Notes: generated by a model from the letters alone, not told the origin. DNA of 31,926 nt from an uncultured Candidatus Peribacteria bacterium (GCA_964407085.1 CAYOUH010000001.1:1-31926), one strand, 5' to 3'. Positions 8,858 through 17,967 are shown, numbered from the stretch's first letter. A program made the numbers and translations.

Positions 8858-9520
8858 ATGATCAACCTGTCTGACCGCGCTGCGCGGAAACTCATCATCG
8901 CTCTGACGCTGTACCTCACGTCCCTGCTCGCTGCCAACACGCTGGGACTCAAGCTCATGCCCTTCATCCTGGGCACGCACCTGTCCGTCTCGGTGTTTTT
9001 CTTCCCCTTCGTATTCCTCGCCACCGACGTAGTGGGGGAAGTCTATGGCAAGAAGGTGGCGAAGGGCTTCGTATTCGCCGGCATCCTGGCCAATCTCCTG
9101 TTCCTCCTGTACTCGATCATCTCCCTGCCCCTACCGTGGTCAGCGGACGCGGAATGGGTGAGGAGCAGCTACGGCACGGTGTTTGGCGTTTCGGCCCGCA
9201 TTGCCATCGCTTCGCTCGCGGCCTTCGCCCTGGCGGAGTACCAGGACGTATGGTCGTTCTTCCTGGTCCGCAAATGGACGGGGGGGCGGTTCTTTTGGCT
9301 GCGCTCGCTGCTGTCGAACCTCTGGTCACAACTGCTGGATACCGCCGTGTTCATGTTCATCGCCTTCTACGGCGTGTATTCCTTCGACGTCCTGATGGGG
9401 TCCCTCGTCGCATGGTGGCTGTACAAGGTCGCGATGGGAGCCCTCTACACGCCTCTCTCGTATTTGGGGCTGAAGCTGTTGAGGGAAAAGGATGGGCCCG
9501 AAGGAAACATCGAGGCGTAG
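8858..9520 (+). CDS. yhhQ: Queuosine precursor transporter (Vut_1/YhhQ, COG1738)
   Basis: Polytopic membrane protein with FPFVFLATDVVGEVYG, RIAIASLAAFALAEYQDV and RSLLSNLWSQLLDTAVF, all family signatures. Confidence 0.9.
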   Translation: MINLSDRAARKLIIALTLYLTSLLAANTLGLKLMPFILGTHLSVSVFFFPFVFLATDVVGEVYGKKVAKGFVFAGILANLLFLLYSIISLPLPWSADAEWVRSSYGTVFGVSARIAIASLAAFALAEYQDVWSFFLVRKWTGGRFFWLRSLLSNLWSQLLDTAVFMFIAFYGVYSFDVLMGSLVAWWLYKVAMGALYTPLSYLGLKLLREKDGPEGNIEA

Positions 9521-9530
9521 CATTTTTTTC

Positions 9531-9791
9531 ATGAGCCACTTCGGCAAACGTTTCGGCATCGCGCTGCTCCTGTGCATTCCATTCTTTTCCCTGGCGCATA
9601 TCGCAGCACTCCTTTCCACGCCACTATGGTGGAGGGTTGAAGCCTGGACAGGGTGGGAGTTGGCCGGGGGGCATGGGCCGAGTGAAGAGCTCCTCATAGG
9701 ATTCTGGATCATGGCGATCCTGGCAGCCTTCCTGACCGCCTTCCGACCTAAGCGTGGTGAGGGGACCCATGGTAAAATGGAAATAACGTAA
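9531..9791 (+). CDS. Small putative two-TM membrane protein
   Basis: ATG 10 nt after the yhhQ stop; two hydrophobic segments; no recognisable family. Confidence 0.4.
   Translation: MSHFGKRFGIALLLCIPFFSLAHIAALLSTPLWWRVEAWTGWELAGGHGPSEELLIGFWIMAILAAFLTAFRPKRGEGTHGKMEIT
9770..9778 (+). promoter_or_regulatory. Extended -10 (TGgTAAAAT) for the SIMPL gene
   Basis: TGn-TAnnnT match 35 nt upstream of ATG 9814. Confidence 0.45.
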
Positions 9792-9813
9792 TTCATTTCC
9801 TTTTCATCCTCCC

Positions 9814-10605
9814 ATGGACAATAAATCCTCCGTCGCCGGACTCTTTCTCCTTGGTATCCTCATCGCCGCCGGCATCGGGCTGCACGGCTACCTCACGCAG
9901 CCGAAGGGCGGGTCGCCCATCAGCGCTAGTGAACTCACCGGCGGGCAGAAGATTGGCATCCTCTCGGTCACGGGGGATGGGAAGGCATTGGCCCGGCCGG
10001 ACATGGTGAGCATCCAGGCCTCGTTCTCCGAAACCGATACCACGAGCGCCGCGGCGCTCGATAAGGTCAACCGCAAGGTCGCCGAGATCGTCAACATCGC
10101 TAAGGCCAACGGCGTCGCGGACAAGGACGTGCAGACCTCGGGTCTGTCGATCTATCCCGAATACGAGTATGGTTTCGGAGGAGGAACGCCCAAGCTCAAG
10201 GGCCAGCGCGCTACGGAGTCAGTAACCATCACGGTACGGGGCGTGGACGCGAAGGCGGAGAAGGCCTCGCGCATCATCGACCAGGTCAGCGCCATCGACA
10301 ACGTGCAGCTGGGGGGCATCAGCTTCGACATCGAGGACAAGACGAAGCTCTTCACGGAAGCCCGTGAAGCGGCATTTAAGAAGGCTAAGCAGAAGGCCGA
10401 GGAGCTGTCGAAGCTGGGCGGAGTGAAGCTGGCCAAGCCGGTCACGATCACGGACAGCGCCGTGGAATACTCCCCTCCGATCCTCAACTACGCCATGGCC
10501 GAGCGCAGCATGATCGCCGCCGACGGGGCCAAGGCCTCGACCCCAGTCCAGACGGGCGAGCTCTCCGTCACGGTGAACCTGTCGGTGGGTTGGGGAATTG
10601 AGTAG
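9814..10605 (+). CDS. SIMPL domain protein (DUF541/YggE/BP26 family)
   Basis: N-terminal TM, then ISVTGxG-like LSVTGDGKALARPD, DVQTSGLSIYPEY, GGISFDIED, EAREAAFKKAKQKAEELS and TGELSVTVNLSV. Confidence 0.9.
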   Translation: MDNKSSVAGLFLLGILIAAGIGLHGYLTQPKGGSPISASELTGGQKIGILSVTGDGKALARPDMVSIQASFSETDTTSAAALDKVNRKVAEIVNIAKANGVADKDVQTSGLSIYPEYEYGFGGGTPKLKGQRATESVTITVRGVDAKAEKASRIIDQVSAIDNVQLGGISFDIEDKTKLFTEAREAAFKKAKQKAEELSKLGGVKLAKPVTITDSAVEYSPPILNYAMAERSMIAADGAKASTPVQTGELSVTVNLSVGWGIE

Positions 10606-10614
10606 GCCCACCCC

Positions 10615-11604
10615 ATGACAGATGAAGCGGGAGGAAAATTGGAAATAGATACCGAAGCGTTCCTGGCCGAATACCAGGAGCTTTCGGCGTGGCAGAGCGC
10701 GGGGAGGGCATCACATCCCACCGTTTCCGAGCCCCTTGTCGGCAACGCGCTCGGCCAGGTGCTACAGGTCATGGATGCCAGGAGCCTGTCCACCGTCCTC
10801 CAATTCGAAGGGGGGTCGGATAATTTCAAGATAAATCTGGACCATGCCCGGTCCCTGCGCGATTCCGTGGAAGGTTTCCTGGGGCAGGGCATCGATCTAT
10901 GGAGCATCGACCTGGCCCATCCCCCCCGTGCTTCACAGGAGCCACTCAGGGGACTGTATGACTTATGGCTGCGCTACCGGCCTACCGGCCAACAAGCGCA
11001 AAGGTTCATCAAGGATGTAGCCACGCTCCTGGAAGATATCACCAAAGGCGCAGTAGGGGATACTATCGCGAGAGTCCGCGAAAGCGTGAAGGCCGCCGAA
11101 AGAGTCAAAGGCTCATTTTCGGTGTGGGACTTCGTTAACGAGCAAGCGCTTGATGCCGCCAAAAAGACTAATTCCGACGTCCCCTCCTATATCCGAAGGA
11201 ACGCCCGTAACAAAAAGGATTCCCTGCTCGTAGTGGTTTTTTCGCATCTCCTAAGTGGCATCATTCCTAAACCCTCCATCCTTCGTAATCCGAGGCATTT
11301 CCACTCAGACGAACTCAATGCGTTCATCTCCCGAATGGATGTATTGGAGAACCTCATCGGAGCGATAGAAGGATTGCGGGGGAGTATTGCATTATGGGAT
11401 CTCAAGGGTGATAGTCCTGAGGAACCAGGCCGAAGCCTGAGAGATCTTTGGGATAGATGCTTGGAGAAGGGTAGTCCAGAGGCATTCGTCGATTTCCTCG
11501 TCCAGATCGCCAACCAAAGGCGGATCATGACACAATCACCCGACATACTACAAAGAGCCAGGACTTTCATCATCCCCGATCCGATCCGTCATTCCAGAAA
11601 ATAG
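10615..11604 (+). CDS. Hypothetical protein, 329 aa, with a possible internal duplication
   Basis: Long ORF 9 nt after SIMPL that ends just before a terminator. Codon usage looks more A/T-ending than its neighbours (by eye). Confidence 0.65.
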   Translation: MTDEAGGKLEIDTEAFLAEYQELSAWQSAGRASHPTVSEPLVGNALGQVLQVMDARSLSTVLQFEGGSDNFKINLDHARSLRDSVEGFLGQGIDLWSIDLAHPPRASQEPLRGLYDLWLRYRPTGQQAQRFIKDVATLLEDITKGAVGDTIARVRESVKAAERVKGSFSVWDFVNEQALDAAKKTNSDVPSYIRRNARNKKDSLLVVVFSHLLSGIIPKPSILRNPRHFHSDELNAFISRMDVLENLIGAIEGLRGSIALWDLKGDSPEEPGRSLRDLWDRCLEKGSPEAFVDFLVQIANQRRIMTQSPDILQRARTFIIPDPIRHSRK

Positions 11605-11611
11605 CAGCACT

Positions 11612-11641
11612 AAAAAGCCCCGCCATGTGGCGGGGCTTTTT
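11612..11641. terminator. Bidirectional rho-independent terminator
   Basis: AAAAAGCCCCGCCA-TG-TGGCGGGGCTTTTT between convergent genes. Confidence 0.85.
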
Positions 11642-11657
11642 ATCGCCAGACCGAGGA

Positions 11658-11924
11658 TCACATTCCCTTGTTCATGGGACGGGAACAGTTGCCCATGCAG
11701 CACTTACTCCAGGAAAGGATGGACCACAGGCCCGAAATCCCGACCAGGATGTAGACGATCCATTCGATCGTCGGGTACCCGCCGAGGAGGAGGTTGACGA
11801 CGTTCCAGTTGGAGCCGGCGAAACCGCCGATCCCGACCAGTCCCCAGTTGAGGGCGCCGATGATGACCAGCACCATGGCCGCGCCGCAGAGGCCGCACAT
11901 GCCGCGGGAGGAGTTGGAGTCCAT
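11658..11924 (-). CDS. DUF378 family small membrane protein
   Basis: LVIIGALNWGLVG and IVYILVGISGL signatures. Start at ATG 11924. Confidence 0.85.
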   Translation of the reverse strand: MDSNSSRGMCGLCGAAMVLVIIGALNWGLVGIGGFAGSNWNVVNLLLGGYPTIEWIVYILVGISGLWSILSWSKCCMGNCSRPMNKGM

Positions 11925-12056
11925 AGGGAAAATGGATGAGGAAATAATTGGCCTCATGCTAGTCCTGCCCCAGCGGAAGGGAAGGCAATGCGATTGACTC
12001 GCATGCTGCAGCGTATCGAAAAGCAACAAGCCTTTTTGCCTGATAAATGGCAGTTT

Positions 12057-14240
12057 TCAGTCTTCTTGCGAGCCTTTCTTCTCGATGGGTGCGATGTTGA
12101 CCGCCAGCTTCTTGATGCCGACCTTCGGATCGCGGAAGGCGATAGTGGCGATGTCCCCGCGCACGTTGATGATCACGCCCTCGCCCCAGGACTTGTGGAC
12201 CACCGCATCGCCGTCGTGGAAAGCGGCTGCGCGGGAAGCATCCTCCTCGCGGGTGGAAACGTTCTGGCCGCCGATGCGCGCATAGCGGTTCTCCTGGGCG
12301 GGACGGGCGGTGAATTCCTCGGGGATTTCGGTGAGGAAGCGCGACGGGGCGTTGTAGTTCGTATTGCCGTAGAACTGGCGCGACGTGGCGTGGAGGAGGT
12401 AGAGCTTCTCGCGGGCACGCGTGATGCCGACGTACATGAGTCGCCGTTCTTCCTCGAGCTCGCTGTCCGTCCAGGCGCTCTGCGCATGCGGTAGGACGCC
12501 TTCCTCCAAGCCGCAGATGAAGACGTAGGGGAATTCCAACCCCTTGGCATTGTGCAGGGTCATGAGGGTCACGCCTTCTTCCGATTCGGACAATTTGTCG
12601 GTCTGGGAAACGAGGGCGACTTCCTCGAGGAAGGTGGCGAGGGAAATGCCGGGTTCGAGCTCGTCGTACTTGCTTGCAACGGTCACGAGTTCCTGTACGT
12701 TTCCCCAGCGCTGTTCACCCTCCTCCGTCCCGTCGTCGAGGAAGGCGCGGAATTCGGTGATCGAGAGGACGTATTTCATGAGCGCTGCGGCGGGAAATTC
12801 ATTCTTCTTTTCCCGGAAATCCTCGAGCATCTTGTAGAACCCCATGAGGCGCGTCTTGGTCCCGGCATTGAGCTCCAGGATCTCACTCGAGCGGTGGATG
12901 ACTTCGAGGAGCGTCAGGTCGTATTTCGCGGCATAGTTGCCTAAGGTCTCGAGGGTGGAAGCTCCGATCTTGCGCGAGGGGGTGTTGATGATGCGCAGGA
13001 GGGAAACCGAGTCAGCGGGATTGGAAATAGCGCGCATGTAGGACAGCACATCCTTGATTTCCTTGCGCTCATAGAACCCCACACCCCCGACGATACGGTG
13101 CGGGATGCCCCAGCGCAGGAAGGCTTCCTCCAGGATACGGCTCTGCGCGTTCGTGCGGTACAGGATGGTGAAATCGCCCCAGGTCAGGTCCTTTTCCTTC
13201 TTGCGTTGTTCGACGATCAATTTGATCACCTGCTCGCTCTCGGCCCGCTCGCTCTCGGTCTCGTAGATCTCGATCTTCTCGTCGCTCACCTTCTCGGTCC
13301 AGAGCGTCTTGTCGGTGCGGTTCTTGTTCTTCTTGATCACGTGGTTGGCGGCCTCCACGATCACGTTCGTGGAGCGGTAGTTCTGTTCGAGCTTCACAGT
13401 CTTGGCCTCGGGATAGTCCTTTTGGAAGTTCAAAATGTTCGTCATGTCCGCCCCGCGCCAGGAGTAGATCGACTGCCAGTCGTCGCCGATCACGCACAGG
13501 TTACGATATTTTTCTGCTAAAAGTTTCGTCAGCATGTACTGCGCGTAGTTGGTGTCCTGGTACTCATCCACGGACAGGTACAGGAACCGGTCCTGGTAGC
13601 GCTCCAGGATATCGGGGAACTTCTGCCAGATTTGAACGGTCTTCATGATCAGGTCGTCGAAGTCGAGCGCCTGGTTCTTCTTGAGTTCCTTCTGGTACAG
13701 CGGATAGAGCTTCGCTACCGTGTCCTCGAAGTAGCTGTCCACCCCGGCATGGAAACGGTCCTCGTCGATGAGGAGGTTCTTGGCCCGGCTGATGCTACCA
13801 AGCACCGCCCGGGGCGCGAAGCGCTTCTCATCCAAGTCCTGGCTGCGGATGATCTTCTTCATCAGCGCCTCGGAGTCGGCGCTGTCGTAGATGGTGAAGG
13901 AATTCTCGTAGCCGATGTGGTGGATATCGCGGCGCAGGAGACGCACGCAGACGGAGTGGAAGGTGCCCACCATCGGATCCCCGCCGATCCGCGACCCGTC
14001 CTCATTCTGGAGCAGGGCGCCGATACGGTCTTTCATTTCCTTAGCAGCTTTATTGGTGAAGGTAACTGCCAGGATATTATCCGGCCGGATACCTTTGTCA
14101 CGGATGAGGTGCGCGATCCGGGCGGTCAGCACGCGCGTCTTGCCCGAGCCCGCTCCTGCTATGACAAGTAACGGCCCTTCCGTCGTCTGAACGGCTTCCT
14201 GCTGCGCCGGATTGAGTCCTTCGAGGAGAGGGGAAGACAT
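12057..14240 (-). CDS. pcrA: ATP-dependent DNA helicase PcrA/UvrD
   Basis: GLNPAQQEAV, IAGAGSGKT, VDEYQDTN, GDDWQSIYSWRGA, LEQNYRS, MTLHNAKGLEF, EEERRLMYVGITRA and a C-terminal Tudor-like GDAVVHKSWGEG. Confidence 0.96.
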   Translation of the reverse strand: MSSPLLEGLNPAQQEAVQTTEGPLLVIAGAGSGKTRVLTARIAHLIRDKGIRPDNILAVTFTNKAAKEMKDRIGALLQNEDGSRIGGDPMVGTFHSVCVRLLRRDIHHIGYENSFTIYDSADSEALMKKIIRSQDLDEKRFAPRAVLGSISRAKNLLIDEDRFHAGVDSYFEDTVAKLYPLYQKELKKNQALDFDDLIMKTVQIWQKFPDILERYQDRFLYLSVDEYQDTNYAQYMLTKLLAEKYRNLCVIGDDWQSIYSWRGADMTNILNFQKDYPEAKTVKLEQNYRSTNVIVEAANHVIKKNKNRTDKTLWTEKVSDEKIEIYETESERAESEQVIKLIVEQRKKEKDLTWGDFTILYRTNAQSRILEEAFLRWGIPHRIVGGVGFYERKEIKDVLSYMRAISNPADSVSLLRIINTPSRKIGASTLETLGNYAAKYDLTLLEVIHRSSEILELNAGTKTRLMGFYKMLEDFREKKNEFPAAALMKYVLSITEFRAFLDDGTEEGEQRWGNVQELVTVASKYDELEPGISLATFLEEVALVSQTDKLSESEEGVTLMTLHNAKGLEFPYVFICGLEEGVLPHAQSAWTDSELEEERRLMYVGITRAREKLYLLHATSRQFYGNTNYNAPSRFLTEIPEEFTARPAQENRYARIGGQNVSTREEDASRAAAFHDGDAVVHKSWGEGVIINVRGDIATIAFRDPKVGIKKLAVNIAPIEKKGSQED

Positions 14241-14316
14241 GAAGAAAATGCCGCGAGAGTATACGCGAAGCGGAAGCCCCATACCAATGGAAACCTCATC
14301 CTTATCACGGAGGGGA

Positions 14317-17300
14317 CTACTGCAGCGTCTTGGTTCCCTTGCGCTCGAGCATGCCGGTCGCGGGGAACGTGACGAAGAACGTCGTCCCCTTGCCTTCTTC
14401 GGATTCGAAGCGGATCGTCCCCCCAGCCTGCTCGACGGCGAATTTCACGATGTAGAGACCGAGGCCATTGCCTTCTGCCACGTTGACGCGAGCGTTCTCG
14501 GCGCGGAAGAATTTGGAGAAGATCTTTTCCTGTTCCGCCTTCGGGATCCCGTAGCCGGTATCGGCCACGATGATATTCACGTCTTGGATACCCTTGGTGA
14601 TGCTTACCCGTACCGTTCCGCCATCAGGAGTGTACTTCACGGCGTTGGAGAGGAGGTTCTGCAGGAGGATCCGCAGGATCGTCGGATCGGCGGTGAAAGC
14701 GGAGAGCGTATTATCGTATTCTTTCAGGATCGAGAGCTTTTTCGTTTCGACCTGGGCATGGAGCTCCCAGAGGACGCTGTCGGCGGTCTTGGGCAGATCG
14801 GTGGGGACGGGATGGACGGCGAGGTTCCCGAGATCCACGCGGGAGACATTGAGCAAGTCAGTGACGAGGGTCACCATGCGTTTATTGCCCTGACTGACTT
14901 CGTCCAGGTACTGCTTCTGGTCGGGATTGAGTTCTCCCGCATCCCCGGACAGTAGCATCTCCACGTACCATCCTATGGCCGTGAGCGGGGTCAGGAGCTG
15001 GTGCGAAGCGAGGGAAACGAAATCGGTTTTGGCGCGGTTGATCTCCTGTTCCTTGGTGATGTCCTCGAGGATGAGGATGGTATCCGTGCCGCGCTCGGTG
15101 CCACTGTCCTGCTGGACCAACGCGCTGGTGGCACGGATGAAGACATCCCTCCCATCCGGGAGATGTAGCAGGATATCGTCCTTGCTGGCTACCTGCCCGG
15201 TGGCCAACGTCATGTCGAGCGGGAATTCCTCTTTCGGGTACGGTTGCCCGTCAGGCCTACAGAATGCGGAGAGATAGGAGGGGGAATTACGACCCAGGAC
15301 CGAGGCGGCGTTGTCGCCGAGTAGTTCCTTCCCCACCCCGTTCACGAGCAGTATTTCGCCGGTTCCCGCGTTGGAGAGAAAAACCCCAAAAGGAAGATGC
15401 TCGAGCAGGAGCGATAGGAGGGCACGCTGCTTCTCCACTTGGCCTTCTTCCTCGGACAGTTCGCGGGTCATTTCCTGGGCGATCCTCTCGGCGCGGCGGC
15501 GGGAGGTGGTCAGGAAATACACGATGCCGGAGAATAAGATACTGAACACTAAGCCGATGATGAGCGCGAAGGTCGGGAGGTTGCGTTGGGCGGAAGTAAG
15601 CCCCGTCTCGGACGAGACGGCGAAATTGACCGTCCATGCCCGGTCGAGCAGGTAGGCCACGCGGGTTTTGGAGAGGATTTCCGTTTCAGTGGAAACGTTG
15701 GATGTCTTGCGGGCGTAGAGTTCACGCTCCTTATCCGGGTCGTATTCCCAGATCCCGTCGAACACCTGCAGGCGGAAGGCGGGATTGTGGTTGGTCAACG
15801 CACCTTCCACCATCTCGGACACGCGGATGAGGTGGTAGAGGTAGCCGGTGATATTGTCGCGCCTTTCCTGGACGGTGGATAGCCGGACGCCGCCCTGGTA
15901 CACGGGAGTACAGAGCATGACGCCGACCTGCTCATATCCGTTCTGGTCACGAGCGATGACGACTTTCGGGGACAGGACGGATGATCCTGTATCGCGGGCG
16001 GCGAGGAGCGATGCGGACAGGTTGGGGTCGGATAGGAGGTCGATCCCCAGTGCGGGCTTATCCTTTTTGGCCAGGGTCTCGAAGTGCATAACAGGAGCGT
16101 ATTCCGTGCGGTTCCCGGGAGGAGAGATGCCATACGTGGGATCCGCACTGCGGGCAGATGCGAGGAAGGCGTCGCGCTCCGAAGACCGTACATACGCCGC
16201 GAATCCCACACCCTCGAGACCAGGGTAGTGCTGGTCCGAATCAATGCTCTCCATGTAGGCTTTCCAGTCGAAACGCTCCTTGGTATCGGCAGTAAATCCC
16301 TGCTTCAGGCCGTTTTCCAGGATCCTGGTAGCGCTATCCACCTGCGTCGTGATCGCGCGCTCCATACTGTCGATCTCCTGGGCGAACCAGAGTTGCTCCT
16401 GCTGGTCGGTGATGCGTTGCGCGAAACGCCATACCAAGAGAGTGATCAGGACGAGGACAAGGAGGGCGATGGCCGGAATGACGATCGGGAGGCGGCTCAC
16501 AGATTCCTTTTCTCCCTTTCCTGACATCGGACGGTGGCTGCCATGCCACAGGGAAACCAGCAGGAAGATTGCCAGGAGTCCCACCGCAGAAGGGATGATG
16601 TAGGATATGATGATCGCCTTCCATTTCTCGTAGATCGCCTCCTGGACCTGTGAGAGTACGCTGTCGCGCGAAGGAGTGTAAAAGGAATTGCTGTACGGTT
16701 GGGATTCACCATACGGACTAGACGACGATCCGATGGCTCGATCCTCGTAGGTCACCAACCTCCCTGACACCGGTTCGACCCAGTAGGTGAGCCGGATGTC
16801 GAAGGTCAGGTCGCGCGGGACGTCACCCTCATCCCGGTAGAATCCAATGAGCGGTGGATCGTTGGTCTGGAACTCGGCCTCGTACTGGTAAACCGTCAGG
16901 CCTTCGATTTCCGTTTCCCCCTTGAAGGTGAAGGCTGCAGGGGCATTGTAGTGAACCGGCCAGGAGACGAAGTCCTGTTTCCCGACGTTCCCCGGAGCGA
17001 ACAGATAGCCCGTGCGGTCGCGATCACCAGCACCCTTGAGGTTTTCACGCGTCCGGGCACTCACTCCGTAGATCCGGGCCACGGAACGGCCCTTGCCTTT
17101 CGTAGCCCCGCGCGCGTTGAAAATTCCGCGGACGAAGAGCGTGTCGTCCTGCTTCCCCACAACGTCGAAAAACAATTTCCCGACAGAAAGCGTCTCTGGT
17201 GCGAAATCTTCCACCTGCGCATCGTAGAGCTTCTGACGAGAAATGATATCCGCCTCATAGGTGAAGTCGGGACGAAGGGAAAGGAGGCGAGGCACGGCTC

Positions 17301-17385
17301 CATAGATCCATACCGGCACGGACAGGAGGAGGAAGGTCGCGAGACTGATACGCGCCAAGAATATGGAGCGGAGGAGGGTAATCAT
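14317..17385 (-). CDS. Membrane sensor histidine kinase: DUF3068-like + CHASE + PAS + HisKA + HATPase_c
   Basis: H-box ASHQLLTPL, N-box QNLLSNAVKYT, D/G boxes DTGYGIP and GNGLGL. CHASE-like YPGLEGVGF...GIDLLSDP...AARDTG...TPVY. PAS-like PDGQPYPKEEFPL...LEDIT. The N-terminal domain has FKGETEIEGLTVYQY and YWVEPVSGRLV, resembling DUF3068. Confidence 0.9.
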   Translation of the reverse strand: MITLLRSIFLARISLATFLLLSVPVWIYGAVPRLLSLRPDFTYEADIISRQKLYDAQVEDFAPETLSVGKLFFDVVGKQDDTLFVRGIFNARGATKGKGRSVARIYGVSARTRENLKGAGDRDRTGYLFAPGNVGKQDFVSWPVHYNAPAAFTFKGETEIEGLTVYQYEAEFQTNDPPLIGFYRDEGDVPRDLTFDIRLTYWVEPVSGRLVTYEDRAIGSSSSPYGESQPYSNSFYTPSRDSVLSQVQEAIYEKWKAIIISYIIPSAVGLLAIFLLVSLWHGSHRPMSGKGEKESVSRLPIVIPAIALLVLVLITLLVWRFAQRITDQQEQLWFAQEIDSMERAITTQVDSATRILENGLKQGFTADTKERFDWKAYMESIDSDQHYPGLEGVGFAAYVRSSERDAFLASARSADPTYGISPPGNRTEYAPVMHFETLAKKDKPALGIDLLSDPNLSASLLAARDTGSSVLSPKVVIARDQNGYEQVGVMLCTPVYQGGVRLSTVQERRDNITGYLYHLIRVSEMVEGALTNHNPAFRLQVFDGIWEYDPDKERELYARKTSNVSTETEILSKTRVAYLLDRAWTVNFAVSSETGLTSAQRNLPTFALIIGLVFSILFSGIVYFLTTSRRRAERIAQEMTRELSEEEGQVEKQRALLSLLLEHLPFGVFLSNAGTGEILLVNGVGKELLGDNAASVLGRNSPSYLSAFCRPDGQPYPKEEFPLDMTLATGQVASKDDILLHLPDGRDVFIRATSALVQQDSGTERGTDTILILEDITKEQEINRAKTDFVSLASHQLLTPLTAIGWYVEMLLSGDAGELNPDQKQYLDEVSQGNKRMVTLVTDLLNVSRVDLGNLAVHPVPTDLPKTADSVLWELHAQVETKKLSILKEYDNTLSAFTADPTILRILLQNLLSNAVKYTPDGGTVRVSITKGIQDVNIIVADTGYGIPKAEQEKIFSKFFRAENARVNVAEGNGLGLYIVKFAVEQAGGTIRFESEEGKGTTFFVTFPATGMLERKGTKTLQ

Positions 17386-17391
17386 CCCATC

Positions 17392-17400
17392 ATTGTACCA
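17392..17400 (-). promoter_or_regulatory. Extended -10 (TGgTACAAT) positioned for a leaderless kinase transcript
   Basis: Only 6 nt separate the -10 hexamer from ATG 17385. Confidence 0.5.
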
Positions 17401-17456
17401 AAAACGGCTTGGAAAAGGAACGCGATGGTCCTAATAGGAGGTGGACTACCGAATAC

Positions 17457-17491
17457 AAAAACCGCCCCGTACCACGTGGTACGGGGCGGTT
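17457..17491 (-). terminator. Rho-independent terminator after the tandem pilins
   Basis: Perfect 32-bp palindrome AACCGCCCCGTACCACGTGGTACGGGGCGGTT (17460-17491) ending in a T-tract on the minus strand. Confidence 0.8.
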
Positions 17492-17511
17492 CAGGAGGTC
17501 GTGCCGGGAGA

Positions 17512-17967
17512 CTACCTCGTAGCCGTGATCGTGGCGCCCTGCTCGGCACCAGGAGCGGAGACTGTCACACGGCCGTTGGCGTCCTTGCTTACCTGGTAGC
17601 CTGTCGTGGTGGCTGTTCCAGCAACGGGGTCCTTGGGCAGGGCGACCAGGTACTTGCCGTTGGTCGTCAGGACAGAGAGATCGATGAGACCCGAGCACGA
17701 AGCAGCACCGGTCGCACAAATGTCGGTCGGCGTGACGGTGATGGTCGAAGCTACTGTACCGGCGTTGTCGATCGAGTGCTGGTAGATGGCATTGAGGATC
17801 GTGTTCACGTCGGCCTTGCGTTGGGCGTTCTTAGTCTCCCCCAGCTGCTTGCCAGGGTTCAGGGCGACGATAACGATACCGGCCAGGATGGCGATGCCAG
17901 CCACGACCAGGAGGATTTCCAGGAGGGTGAAGCCTCCGCGGCGGGAAGAAAGGGTGAATTTCTTCAT
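17512..17967 (-). CDS. Type IV major pilin, copy 2
   Basis: Class III signal peptide RRGG/FTLLEILLVVAGIAILAGIVIVALNP (Glu5 present) and a Cys pair. Start MKKFTLSS at 17967. Confidence 0.9.
   Translation of the reverse strand: MKKFTLSSRRGGFTLLEILLVVAGIAILAGIVIVALNPGKQLGETKNAQRKADVNTILNAIYQHSIDNAGTVASTITVTPTDICATGAASCSGLIDLSVLTTNGKYLVALPKDPVAGTATTTGYQVSKDANGRVTVSAPGAEQGATITATR
17835..17937. repeat. 103-bp exact direct repeat, copy in pilin 2 (other copy 18347-18449)
   Basis: Base-by-base comparison shows identity across the cleavage-site and N-terminal helix coding region. Confidence 0.9.

Noticed and set aside
11988-12004. Hairpin ATGCGA-N5-TCGCAT between pcrA and DUF378 as a regulatory RNA
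   Set aside because: Only a 6-bp stem with no U-tract or recognisable motif; insufficient evidence.
17460-17491. Perfect 32-bp palindrome as a REP/MITE or recombination site
   Set aside because: Single copy, directly after the pilin stop and followed by a T-tract; fully explained as a terminator.
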